Part shown: positions 51,801-64,000 of the stretch, in pieces
Layout: each line of letters starts with the position of its first letter
Position numbering within the stretch: position 1 is the stretch's first letter
NCBI GenBank assembly: GCA_964016885.1
Contig: OZ024746.1
Coordinates: 31,682,001 to 31,746,000 of the forward strand
Length of the DNA stretch: 64,000 bases
Origin: Eledone cirrhosa
Lineage: Eukaryota
Direction of reading: 5' to 3'
The notes under the pieces: generated by a model
What the model was told of the DNA's origin: nothing
What the model saw: the letters and a program-made list of their open reading frames with translations, nothing else
Databases searched by the model: none
Translations under genes and position numbers: made by a program

Positions 51801-54800
51801 GAAAATATGACTTTTAGAGAAAAAAATATGATATAGAATGGTGAAAATATGATATAGTGTGAAATTAGGACATAGAATAGTGATTGAATGAATGGATTCG
51901 AATGGAGAGAAGAGTCGAGAAAAAAAAAATACGATATAGAATGGTGAAAATATGATATAGTGTGAAATTAGGACATAGAATAGTGATTGAATGAATGGAT
52001 TCGAATGGAGAGAAGAGTCGAGAAAAAAAATACGATATATAATGGTGAACATATGATATAGTGTGAAATTAGGACATAGAATAGTGATTGAATGAATGGA
52101 TTCGAATGGAGAGAAGAGTCGAGAAAAAAAAAATACGATATAGAATGGTTAAAATATGATATAGTGTGAAATTAGGACATAGAATAGTGATTGAATGAAT
52201 GGATTCGAATGGAGAGAAGAATCGAGAAAAATATTTGAACGTTACTTTATACCGCAGGAACAGCCATCCCAGAAATAGCGAGTTGGCGATTTTGACTAAT
52301 TTTGGTAGGGTTTATCTTATATGTATAGAGAGGGGGGGGGGGGGGGGCAGATCAGCATGATGTATGGGTAGGGGGTAGAAGATGGGATGGAGCAGAGGTT
52401 AAGAGTTTAAATAGGTACTCGAAGTTTTGCGTAAAACTTAGCAAGTTTAACAAAATATACTTAAGGAATATATAATAGTGATTTGTTTTGTTATGAAAAT
52501 ACGACAGAATATGAAAATATGACAGAATTAAACGAGAATGTAAGGTTTAAGATAAGATCGCCGTATTTTGGGCATAATTTAACAATAAACGAAAATACAA
52601 GATTTGTTTTGTTTAAGAAAATACGATAGAGAAAATGCGGTGATAGGGAAAATATGATTTTTAGAGAAAAAAATATGATATAGTATGGTGAAAATATGAT
52701 ATAGTGTGAAATTAGGACATAGAATAGTGATTGAATGAATGGATTCGAATGGAGAGAAGAGTCGAGAAAAAAAAAATACGATATAGAATGGTGAAAATAT
52801 GATATAGTGTGAAATTAGGACATAGAATAGTGATTGAATGAATGGATTCGAATGGAGAGAAGAATCGAGAAAAATATTTGAACGTTACTTTATACCGCAG
52901 GAACAGCCATCCCAGAAATAGCGAGTTGGCGATTTTGACTAATTTTGGTAGGGTTTATCTTATATGTATAGAGAGGGGGGGGGGGGGGCAGACCAGCATG
53001 ATGTATGGGTAGGGGGTAGAAGATGGGATGGAGCAGAGGTTAAGAGTTTAAATAGGTACTCGAAGTTTTGCGTAAAACTTAGCAAGTTTCACAAAATATA
53101 TTTAAGGAATATATAATAGTGATTTGTTTTGTTATGAAAATACGACAGAATATGAAAATATGACAGAATTAAACGAGAATGTAAGGTTTAAGATAAGATC
53201 GCCGTATTTTGGGCATAATTTAACAATAAACGAAAATACAAGATTTGTTTTGTTTAAGAAAATACGATAGAGAAAATGCGGTGATAGGGAAAATATGATT
53301 TTTAGAGAAAAAAATATGATATAGAATGGTGAAAATATGATATAGTGTGAAATTAGGACATAGAATAGTGATTGAATGAATGGATTCGAATGGAGAGAAG
53401 AGTCGAGAAAAAAAAAAAATACGATATAGAATGGTGAAAATATGATATAGTGTGAAATTAGGACATAGAATAGTGATTGAATGAATGGATTCGAATGGAG
53501 AGAAGAATCGAGAAAAATATTTGAACGTTACTTTATACCGCAGGAACAGCCATCCCAGAAATAGCGAGTTGGCGATTTTGACTAATTTTGGTAGGGTTTA
53601 TCTTATATGTATAGAGAGGGGGGGGGGGCAGACCAGCATGATGTATGGGTAGGGGGTAGAAGATGGGATGGAGCAGAGGTTAAGAGTTTAAATAGGTACT
53701 CGAAGTTTTGCGTAAAACTTAGCAAGTTTCACAAAATATATTTAAGGAATATATAATAGTGATTTGTTTTGTTATGAAAATACGACAGAATATGAAAATA
53801 TGACAGAATTAAACGAGAATGTAAGGTTTAAGATAAGATCGCCGTATTTTGGGCATAATTTAACAATAAACGAAAATACAAGATTTGTTTTGTTTAAGAA
53901 AATACGATAGAGAAAATGCGGTGATAGGGAAAATATGATTTTTAGAGAAAAAAATATGATATAGAATGGTGAAAATATGATATAGTGTGAAATTAGGACA
54001 TAGAATAGTGATTGAATGAATGGATTCGTATGGAGAGAAGAGTCGAGAAAAAAAAAATACGATATAGAATGGTGAAAATATGATATAGTGTGAAATTAGG
54101 ACATAGAATAGTGATTGAATGAATGGATTCGAATGGAGAGAAGAATCGAGAAAAATATTTGAACGTTACTTTATACCGCAGGAACAGCCATCCCAGAAAT
54201 AGCGAGTTGGCGATTTTGACTAATTTTGGTAGGGTTTATCTTATATGTATAGAGAGGGGGGGGGGGGCAGACCAGCATGATGTATGGGTAGGGGGTAGAA
54301 GATAGGATGGAGCAGAGGTTAAGAGTTTAAATAGGTACTCGAAGTTTTGCGTAAAACTTAGCAAGTTTCACAAAATATATTTAAGGAATATATAATAGTG
54401 ATTTGTTTTGTTATGAAAATACGACAGAATATGAAAATATGACAGAATTAAACGAGAATGTAAGGTTTAAGATAAGATCGCCGTATTTTGGGCATAATTT
54501 AACAATAAACGAAAATACAAGATTTGTTTTGTTTAAGAAAATACGATAGAGAAAATGCGGTGATAGGGAAAATATGATTTTTAGAGAAAAAAATATGATA
54601 TAGAATGGTGAAAATATGATATAGTGTGAAATTAGGACATAGAATAGTGATTGAATGAATGGATTCGTATGGAGAGAAGAGTCGAGAAAAAAAAAATACG
54701 ATATAGAATGGTGAAAATATGATATAGTGTGAAATTAGGACATAGAATAGTGATTGAATGAATGGATTCGAATGGAGAGAAGAATCGAGAAAAATATTTG

Positions 54801-57800
54801 AACGTTACTTTATACCGCAGGAACAGCCATCCCAGAAATAGCGAGTTGGCGATTTTGACTAATTTTGGTAGGGTTTATCTTATATGTATAGAGAGGGGGG
54901 GGGGGCAGACCAGCATGATGTATGGGTAGGGGGTAGAAGATAGGATGGAGCAGAGGTTAAGAGTTTAAATAGGTACTCGAAGTTTTGCGTAAAACTTAGC
55001 AAGTTTCACAAAATATATTTAAGGAATATATAATAGTGATTTGTTTTGTTATGAAAATACGACAGAATATGAAAATATGACAGAATTAAACGAGAATGTA
55101 AGGTTTAAGATAAGATCGCCGTATTTTGGGCATAATTTAACAATAAACGAAAATACAAGATTTGTTTTGTTTAAGAAAATACGATAGAGAAAATGCGGTG
55201 ATAGGGAAAATATGATTTTTAGAGAAAAAAATATGATATAGAATGGTGAAAATATGATATAGTGTGAAATTAGGACATAGAATAGTGATTGAATGAATGG
55301 ATTCGAATGGAGAGAAGAGTCGAGAAAAAAAAAAAAATACGATATAGAATGGTGAAAATATGATATAGTGTGAAATTAGGACATAGAATAGTGATTGAAT
55401 GAATGGATTCGAATGGAGAGAAGAATCGAGAAAAATATTTGAACGTTACTTTATACCGCAGGAACAGCCATCCCAGAAATAGCGAGTTGGCGATTTTGAC
55501 TAATTTTGGTAGGGTTTATCTTATATGTATAGAGAGGGGGGGGGGGCAGACCAGCATGATGTATGGGTAGGGGGTAGAAGATGGGATGGAGCAGAGGTTA
55601 AGAGTTTAAATAGGTACTCGAAGTTTTGCGTAAAACTTAGCAAGTTTCACAAAATATATTTAAGGAATATATAATAGTGATTTGTTTTGTTATGAAAATA
55701 CGACAGAATATGAAAATATGACAGAATTAAACGAGAATGTAAGGTTTAAGATAAGATCGCCGTATTTTGGGCATAATTTAACAATAAACGAAAATACAAG
55801 ATTTGTTTTGTTTAAGAAAATACGATAGAGAAAATGCGGTGATAGGGAAAATATGATTTTTAGAGAAAAAAATATGATATAGAATGGTGAAAATATGATA
55901 TAGTGTGAAATTAGGACATAGAATAGTGATTGAATGAATGTATTCGTATGGAGAGAAGAGTCGAGAAAAAAAAAATACGATATAGAATGGTGAAAATATG
56001 ATATAGTGTGAAATTAGGACATAGAATAGTGATTGAATGAATGGATTCGAATGGAGAGAAGAATCGAGAAAAATATTTGAACGTTACTTTATACCGCAGG
56101 AACAGCCATCCCAGAAATAGCGAGTTGGCGATTTTGACTAATTTTGGTAGGGTTTATCTTATATGTATAGAGAGGGGGGGGGGCGGACCAGCATGATGTA
56201 TGGGTAGGGGGTAGAAGATAGGATGGAGCAGAGGTTAAGAGTTTAAATAGGTACTCGAAGTTTTGCGTAAAACTTAGCAAGTTTCACAAAATATATTTAA
56301 GGAATATATAATAGTGATTTGTTTTGTTATGAAAATACGACAGAATATGAAAATATGACAGAATTAAACGAGAATGTAAGGTTTAAGATAAGATCGCCGT
56401 ATTTTGGGCATAATTTAACAATAAACGAAAATACAAGATTTGTTTTGTTTAAGAAAATACGATAGAGAAAATGCGGTGATAGGGAAAATATGATTTTTAG
56501 AGAAAAAAATATGATATAGAATGGTGAAAATATGATATAGTGTGAAATTAGGACATAGAATAGTGATTGAATGAATGGATTCGAATGGAGAGAAGAGTCG
56601 AGAAAAAAAAAAAAATACGATATAGAATGGTGAAAATATGATATAGTGTGAAATTAGGACATAGAATAGTGATTGAATGAATGGATTCGAATGGAGAGAA
56701 GAATCGAGAAAAATATTTGAACGTTACTTTATACCGCAGGAACAGCCATCCCAGAAATAGCGAGTTGGCGATTTTGACTAATTTTGGTAGGGTTTATCTT
56801 ATATGTATAGAGAGGGGGGGGGCAGACCAGCATGATGTATGGGTAGGGGGTAGAAGATGGGATGGAGCAGAGGTTAAGAGTTTAAATAGGTACTCGAAGT
56901 TTTGCGTAAAACTTAGCAAGTTTCACAAAATATATTTAAGGAATATATAATAGTGATTTGTTTTGTTATGAAAATACGACAGAATATGAAAATATGACAG
57001 AATTAAACGAGAATGTAAGGTTTAAGATAAGATCGCCGTATTTTGGGCATAATTTAACAATAAACGAAAATACAAGATTTGTTTTGTTTAAGAAAATACG
57101 ATAGAGAAAATGCGGTGATAGGGAAAATATGACTTTTAGAGAAAAAAATATGATATAGAATGGTGAAAATATGATATAGTGTGAAATTAGGACATAGAAT
57201 AGTGATTGAATGAATGGATTCGAATGGAGAGAAGAGTCGAGAAAAAAAAAATACGATATAGAATGGTGAAAATATGATATAGTGTGAAATTAGGACATAG
57301 AATAGTGATTGAATGAATGGATTCGAATGGAGAGAAGAGTCGAGAAAAAAAATACGATATATAATGGTGAACATATGATATAGTGTGAAATTAGGACATA
57401 GAATAGTGATTGAATGAATGGATTCGAATGGAGAGAAGAGTCGAGAAAAAAAAAATACGATATAGAATGGTTAAAATATGATATAGTGTGAAATTAGGAC
57501 ATAGAATAGTGATTGAATGAATGGATTCGAATGGAGAGAAGAATCGAGAAAAATATTTGAACGTTACTTTATACCGCAGGAACAGCCATCCCAGAAATAG
57601 CGAGTTGGCGATTTTGACTAATTTTGGTAGGGTTTATCTTATATGTATAGAGAGGGGGGGGGGCAGATCAGCATGATGTATGGGTAGGGGGTAGAAGATG
57701 GGATGGAGCAGAGGTTAAGAGTTTAAATAGGTACTCGAAGTTTTGCGTAAAACTTAGCAAGTTTAACAAAATATACTTAAGGAATATATAATAGTGATTT

Positions 57801-60800
57801 GTTTTGTTATGAAAATACGACAGAATATGAAAATATGACAGAATTAAACGAGAATGTAAGGTTTAAGATAAGATCGCCGTATTTTGGGCATAATTTAACA
57901 ATAAACGAAAATACAAGATTTGTTTTGTTTAAGAAAATACGATAGAGAAAATGCGGTGATAGGGAAAATATGATTTTTAGAGAAAAAAATATGATATAGA
58001 ATGGTGAAAATATGATATATTGTGAAATTAGGACATAGAATAGTGATTGAATGAATGGATTCGAATGGAGAGAAGAGTCGAGAAAAAAAAATACGATATA
58101 GAATGGTGAAAATATGATATAGTGTGAAATTAGGACATAGAATAGTGATTGAATGAATGGATTCGAATGGAGAGAAGAATCGAGAAAAATATTTGAACGT
58201 TACTTTATACCGCAGGAACAGCCATCCCAGAAATAGCGAGTTGGCGATTTTTTCTAATTTTGGTAGGGTTTATCTTATATGTATAGAGAGGGGGTGGGGG
58301 GCAGACCAGCATGATGTATGGGTAGGGGGTAGCAGATGGGATGGAGCTTAGGTTAAGAGTTTAAATAGGTACTCGAAGTTTTGCGTAAAACTTAGCAAGT
58401 TTAACAAAATATATTTAAGGAATATATAATAGTGATTTGTTTTGTTATGAAAATACGACAGAATATGAAAATATGACAGAATTAAACGAGAATGTAAGGT
58501 TTAAGATAAGATCGCCGTATTTTGGGCATAATTTAACAATAAACGAAAATACAAGATTTGTTTTGTTTAAGAAAATACGATAGAGAAAATGCGGTGATAG
58601 GGAAAATATGATTTTTAGAGAAAAAAATATGATATAGAATGGTGAAAATATGATATAGTGTGAAATTAGGACATAGAATAGTGATTGAATGAATGGATTC
58701 GAATGGAGAGAAGAGTCGAGAAAAAAAAAATACGATATAGAATGGTGAAAATATGATATAGTGTGAAATTAGGACATAGAATAGTGATTGAATGAATGGA
58801 TTCGAATGGAGAGAAGAATCGAGAAAAATATTTGAACGTTACTTTATACCGCAGGAACAGCCATCCCAGAAATAGCGAGTTGGCGATTTTGACTAATTTT
58901 GGTAGGGTTTATCTTATATGTATAGAGGGGGGGGGGGGGCAGACCAGCATGATGTATGGGTAGGGGGTAGAAGATGGGATGGAGCAGAGGTTAAGAGTTT
59001 AAATAGGTACTCGAAGTTTTGCGTAAAACTTAGCAAGTTTCACAAAATATATTTAAGGAATATATAATAGTGATTTGTTTTGTTATGAAAATACGACAGA
59101 ATATGAAAATATGACAGAATTAAACGAGAATGTAAGGTTTAAGATAAGATCGCCGTATTTTGGGCATAATTTAACAATAAACGAAAATACAAGATTTGTT
59201 TTGTTTAAGAAAATACGATAGAGAAAATGCGGTGATAGGGAAAATATGATTTTTAGAGAAAAAAATATGATATAGAATGGTGAAAATATGATATAGTGTG
59301 AAATTAGGACATAGAATAGTGATTGAATGAATGGATTCGTATGGAGAGAAGAGTCGAGAAAAAAAAAATACGATATAGAATGGTGAAAATATGATATAGT
59401 GTGAAATTAGGACATAGAATAGTGATTGAATGAATGGATTCGAATGGAGAGAAGAATCGAGAAAAATATTTGAACGTTACTTTATACCGCAGGAACAGCC
59501 ATCCCAGAAATAGCGAGTTGGCGATTTTGACTAATTTTGGTAGGGTTTATCTTATATGTATAGAGAGGGGGGGGGGGGGGCAGACCAGCATGATGTATGG
59601 GTAGGGGGTAGAAGATAGGATGGAGCAGAGGTTAAGAGTTTAAATAGGTACTCGAAGTTTTGCGTAAAACTTAGCAAGTTTCACAAAATATATTTAAGGA
59701 ATATATAATAGTGATTTGTTTTGTTATGAAAATACGACAGAATATGAAAATATGACAGAATTAAACGAGAATGTAAGGTTTAAGATAAGATCGCCGTATT
59801 TTGGGCATAATTTAACAATAAACGAAAATACAAGATTTGTTTTGTTTAAGAAAATACGATAGAGAAAATGCGGTGATAGGGAAAATATGATTTTTAGAGA
59901 AAAAAATATGATATAGAATGGTGAAAATATGATATAGTGTGAAATTAGGACATAGAATAGTGATTGAATGAATGGATTCGAATGGAGAGAAGAGTCGAGA
60001 AAAAAAAAAAAATACGATATAGAATGGTGAAAATATGATATAGTGTGAAATTAGGACATAGAATAGTGATTGAATGAATGGATTCGAATGGAGAGAAGAA
60101 TCGAGAAAAATATTTGAACGTTACTTTATACCGCAGGAACAGCCATCCCAGAAATAGCGAGTTGGCGATTTTGACTAATTTTGGTAGGGTTTATCTTATA
60201 TGTATAGAGAGGGGGGGGGGCAGACCAGCATGATGTATGGGTAGGGGGTAGAAGATGGGATGGAGCAGAGGTTAAGAGTTTAAATAGGTACTCGAAGTTT
60301 TGCGTAAAACTTAGCAAGTTTCACAAAATATATTTAAGGAATATATAATAGTGATTTGTTTTGTTATGAAAATACGACAGAATATGAAAATATGACAGAA
60401 TTAAACGAGAATGTAAGGTTTAAGATAAGATCGCCGTATTTTGGGCATAATTTAACAATAAACGAAAATACAAGATTTGTTTTGTTTAAGAAAATACGAT
60501 AGAGAAAATGCGGTGATAGGGAAAATATGATTTTTAGAGAAAAAAATATGATATAGAATGGTGAAAATATGATATAGTGTGAAATTAGGACATAGAATAG
60601 TGATTGAATGAATGGATTCGAATGGAGAGAAGAGTCGAGAAAAAAAAAAAATACGATATAGAATGGTGAAAATATGATATAGTGTGAAATTAGGACATAG
60701 AATAGTGATTGAATGAATGGATTCGAATGGAGAGAAGAATCTAGAAAAATATTTGAACGTTACTTTATACCGCAGGAACAGCCATCCCAGAAATAGCGAG

Positions 60801-63800
60801 TTGGCGATTTTGACTAATTTTGGTAGGGTTTATCTTATATGTATAGAGAGGGGGGGGGACAGACCAGCATGATGTATGGGTAGGGGGTAGAAGATGGGAT
60901 GGAGCAGAGGTTAAGAGTTTAAATAGGTACTCGATGTTTTGCGTAAAACTTAGCAAGTTTAACAAAATATATTTAAGGAATATATAATAGTGATTTGTTT
61001 TGTTATGAAAATACGACAGAATATGAAAATATGACAGAATTAAACGAGAATGTAAGGTTTAAGATAAGATCGCCGTATTTTGGGCATAATTTAACAATAA
61101 ACGAAAATACAAGATTTGTTTTGTTTAAGAAAATACGATAGAGAAAATGCGGTGATAGGGAAAATATGATTTTTAGAGAAAAAAATATGATATAGAATGG
61201 TGAAAATATGATATAGTGTGAAATTAGGACATAGAATAGTGATTGAATGAATGGATTCGAATGGAGAGAAGAGTCGAGAAAAAAAATACGATATATAATG
61301 GTGAACATATGATATAGTGTGAAATTAGGACATAGAATAGTGATTGAATGAATGGATTCGAATGGAGAGAAGAATCGAGAAAAATATTTGAACGTTACTT
61401 TATACCGCAGGAACAGCCATCCCAGAAATAGCGAGTTGGCGATTTTGACTAATTTTGGTAGGGTTTATCTTATATGTATAGAGAGAGGGGGGGGGGGGGC
61501 AGACCAGCATGATGTATGGGTAGGGGGTAGAAGATGGGATGGAGCAGAGGTTAAGAGTTTAAATAGGTACTCGAAGTTTTGCGTAAAACTTAGCAAGTTT
61601 CACAAAATATATTTAAGGAATATATAATAGTGATTTGTTTTGTTATGAAAATACGACAGAATATGAAAATATGACAGAATTAAACGAGAATGTAAGGTTT
61701 AAGATAAGATCGCCGTATTTTGGGCATAATTTAACAATAAACGAAAATACAAGATTTGTTTTGTTTAAGAAAATACGATAGAGAAAATGCGGTGATAGGG
61801 AAAATATGATTTTTAGAGAAAAAAATATGATATAGAATGGTGAAAATATGATATAGTGTGAAATTAGGACATAGAATAGTGATTGAATGAATGGATTCGA
61901 ATGGAGAGAAGAGTCGAGAAAAAAAAAATACGATATAGAATGGTGAAAATATGATATAGTGTGAAATTAGGACATAGAATAGTGATTGAATGAATGGATT
62001 CGAATGGAGAGAAGAATCGAGAAAAATATTTGAACGTTACTTTATACCGCAGGAACAGCCATCCCAGAAATAGCGAGTTGGCGATTTTGACTAATTTTGG
62101 TAGGGTTTATCTTATATGTATAGAGGGGGGGGGGGGGCAGACCAGCATGATGTATGGGTAGGGGGTAGAAGATGGGATGGAGCAGAGGTTAAGAGTTTAA
62201 ATAGGTACTCGAAGTTTTGCGTAAAACTTAGCAAGTTTCACAAAATATATTTAAGGAATATATAATAGTGATTTGTTTTGTTATGAAAATACGACAGAAT
62301 ATGAAAATATGACAGAATTAAACGAGAATGTAAGGTTTAAGATAAGATCGCCGTATTTTGGGCATAATTTAACAATAAACGAAAATACAAGATTTGTTTT
62401 GTTTAAGAAAATACGATAGAGAAAATGCGGTGATAGGGAAAATATGATTTTTAGAGAAAAAAATATGATATAGAATGGTGAAAATATGATATAGTGTGAA
62501 ATTAGGACATAGAATAGTGATTGAATGAATGGATTCGAATGGAGAGAAGAGTCGAGAAAAAAAAAAATACGATATAGAATGGTGAAAATATGATATAGTG
62601 TGAAATTAGGACATAGAATAGTGATTGAATGAATGGATTCGAATGGAGAGAAGAATCGAGAAAAATATTTGAACGTTACTTTATACCGCAGGAACAGCCA
62701 TCCCAGAAATAGCGAGTTGGCGATTTTGACTAATTTTGGTAGGGTTTATCTTATATGTATAGAGGGGGGGGGGGGGGGCAGACCAGCATGATGTATGGGT
62801 AGGGGGTAGAAGATGGGATGGAGCAGAGGTTAAGAGTTTAAATAGGTACTCGAAGTTTTGCGTAAAACTTAGCAAGTTTCACAAAATATATTTAAGGAAT
62901 ATATAATAGTGATTTGTTTTGTTATGAAAATACGACAGAATATGAAAATATGACAGAATTAAACGAGAATGTAAGGTTTAAGATAAGATCGCCGTATTTT
63001 GGGCATAATTTAACAATAAACGAAAATACAAGATTTGTTTTGTTTAAGAAAATACGATAGAGAAAATGCGGTGATAGGGAAAATATGATTTTTAGAGAAA
63101 AAAATATGATATAGAATGGTGAAAATATGATATAGTGTGAAATTAGGACATAGAATAGTGATTGAATGAATGGATTCGTATGGAGAGAAGAGTCGAGAAA
63201 AAAAAAATACGATATAGAATGGTGAAAATATGATATAGTGTGAAATTAGGACATAGAATAGTGATTGAATGAATGGATTCGAATGGAGAGAAGAATCGAG
63301 AAAAATATTTGAACGTTACTTTATACCGCAGGAACAGCCATCCCAGAAATAGCGAGTTGGCGATTTTGACTAATTTTGGTAGGGTTTATCTTATATGTAT
63401 AGAGAGGGGGGGGGGCAGACCAGCATGATGTATGGGTAGGGGGTAGAAGATAGGATGGAGCAGAGGTTAAGAGTTTAAATAGGTACTCGAAGTTTTGCGT
63501 AAAACTTAGCAAGTTTCACAAAATATATTTAAGGAATATATAATAGTGATTTGTTTTGTTATGAAAATACGACAGAATATGAAAATATGACAGAATTAAA
63601 CGAGAATGTAAGGTTTAAGATAAGATCGCCGTATTTTGGGCATAATTTAACAATAAACGAAAATACAAGATTTGTTTTGTTTAAGAAAATACGATAGAGA
63701 AAATGCGGTGATAGGGAAAATATGATTTTTAGAGAAAAAAATATGATATAGAATGGTGAAAATATGATATAGTGTGAAATTAGGACATAGAATAGTGATT

Positions 63801-64000
63801 GAATGAATGGATTCGAATGGAGAGAAGAGTCGAGAAAAAAAAAAAAATACGATATAGAATGGTGAAAATATGATATAGTGTGAAATTAGGACATAGAATA
63901 GTGATTGAATGAATGGATTCGAATGGAGAGAAGAATCGAGAAAAATATTTGAACGTTACTTTATACCGCAGGAACAGCCATCCCAGAAATAGCGAGTTGG
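30848..64000. repeat. Tandem (satellite) array, about 50 units of ~640 bp (variants ~536 and ~843 bp) with nested ~102-bp subrepeat; continues past the window end
   Basis: The core gaacgttactttataccgcaggaacagccatccc recurs at ~640-bp spacing (ORF-track starts 32104, 32744, 33384, 34023, 34661...). Units differ by a few SNPs, homopolymer lengths and subrepeat number. Confidence 0.99.

Noticed and set aside
30758-63512. Recurrent 60-185 aa ORFs (MDSNGEKNREKY..., MFTIIYRIFF...) as a tandem gene family
   Set aside because: Frames open and close with homopolymer length and stop-creating SNPs, with no domain signature. They are by-products of the satellite.
30848-64000. CRISPR array or tandem rRNA/snRNA/tRNA/histone gene cluster
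   Set aside because: There are no unique spacers, no cas genes and the context is eukaryotic. I could not recognise 5S, U snRNA, tRNA or histone sequence in the monomer. An Rfam scan would be needed to exclude a novel RNA.

Overview
Eukaryotic, AT-rich and repeat-dominated DNA. The SINE, RTE and microsatellite repertoire resembles cephalopod (octopus-like) genomes, but that is an inference. No intact host gene is evident. Bases 1-30.85 kb are a mosaic of retroelements: four RTE-clade LINE copies (three on the minus strand from one subfamily, one on the plus strand from another), a near full-length L1/Tx1-clade element bracketed by (AAT)n, a decayed R4/Dong-like element, Penelope-like remnants with hammerhead-ribozyme motifs, several SINEs, a hAT MITE with an 8-bp TSD, and a 1.3-kb fold-back region. 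From about 30.85 kb to the end is a homogeneous tandem array of about 50 units of ~640 bp, each with a nested ~102-bp subrepeat and higher-order patterns. The most notable points are: (i) the array is fused to, and shares sequence with, the 5' end of an RTE LINE; (ii) the RTE reverse transcriptases contain a canonical C4HC3 PHD finger inside the RT domain; (iii) two separately inserted RTE copies share the same premature stop; (iv) there are two type I hammerhead motifs. All coordinates were read by eye, and no database searches were run.
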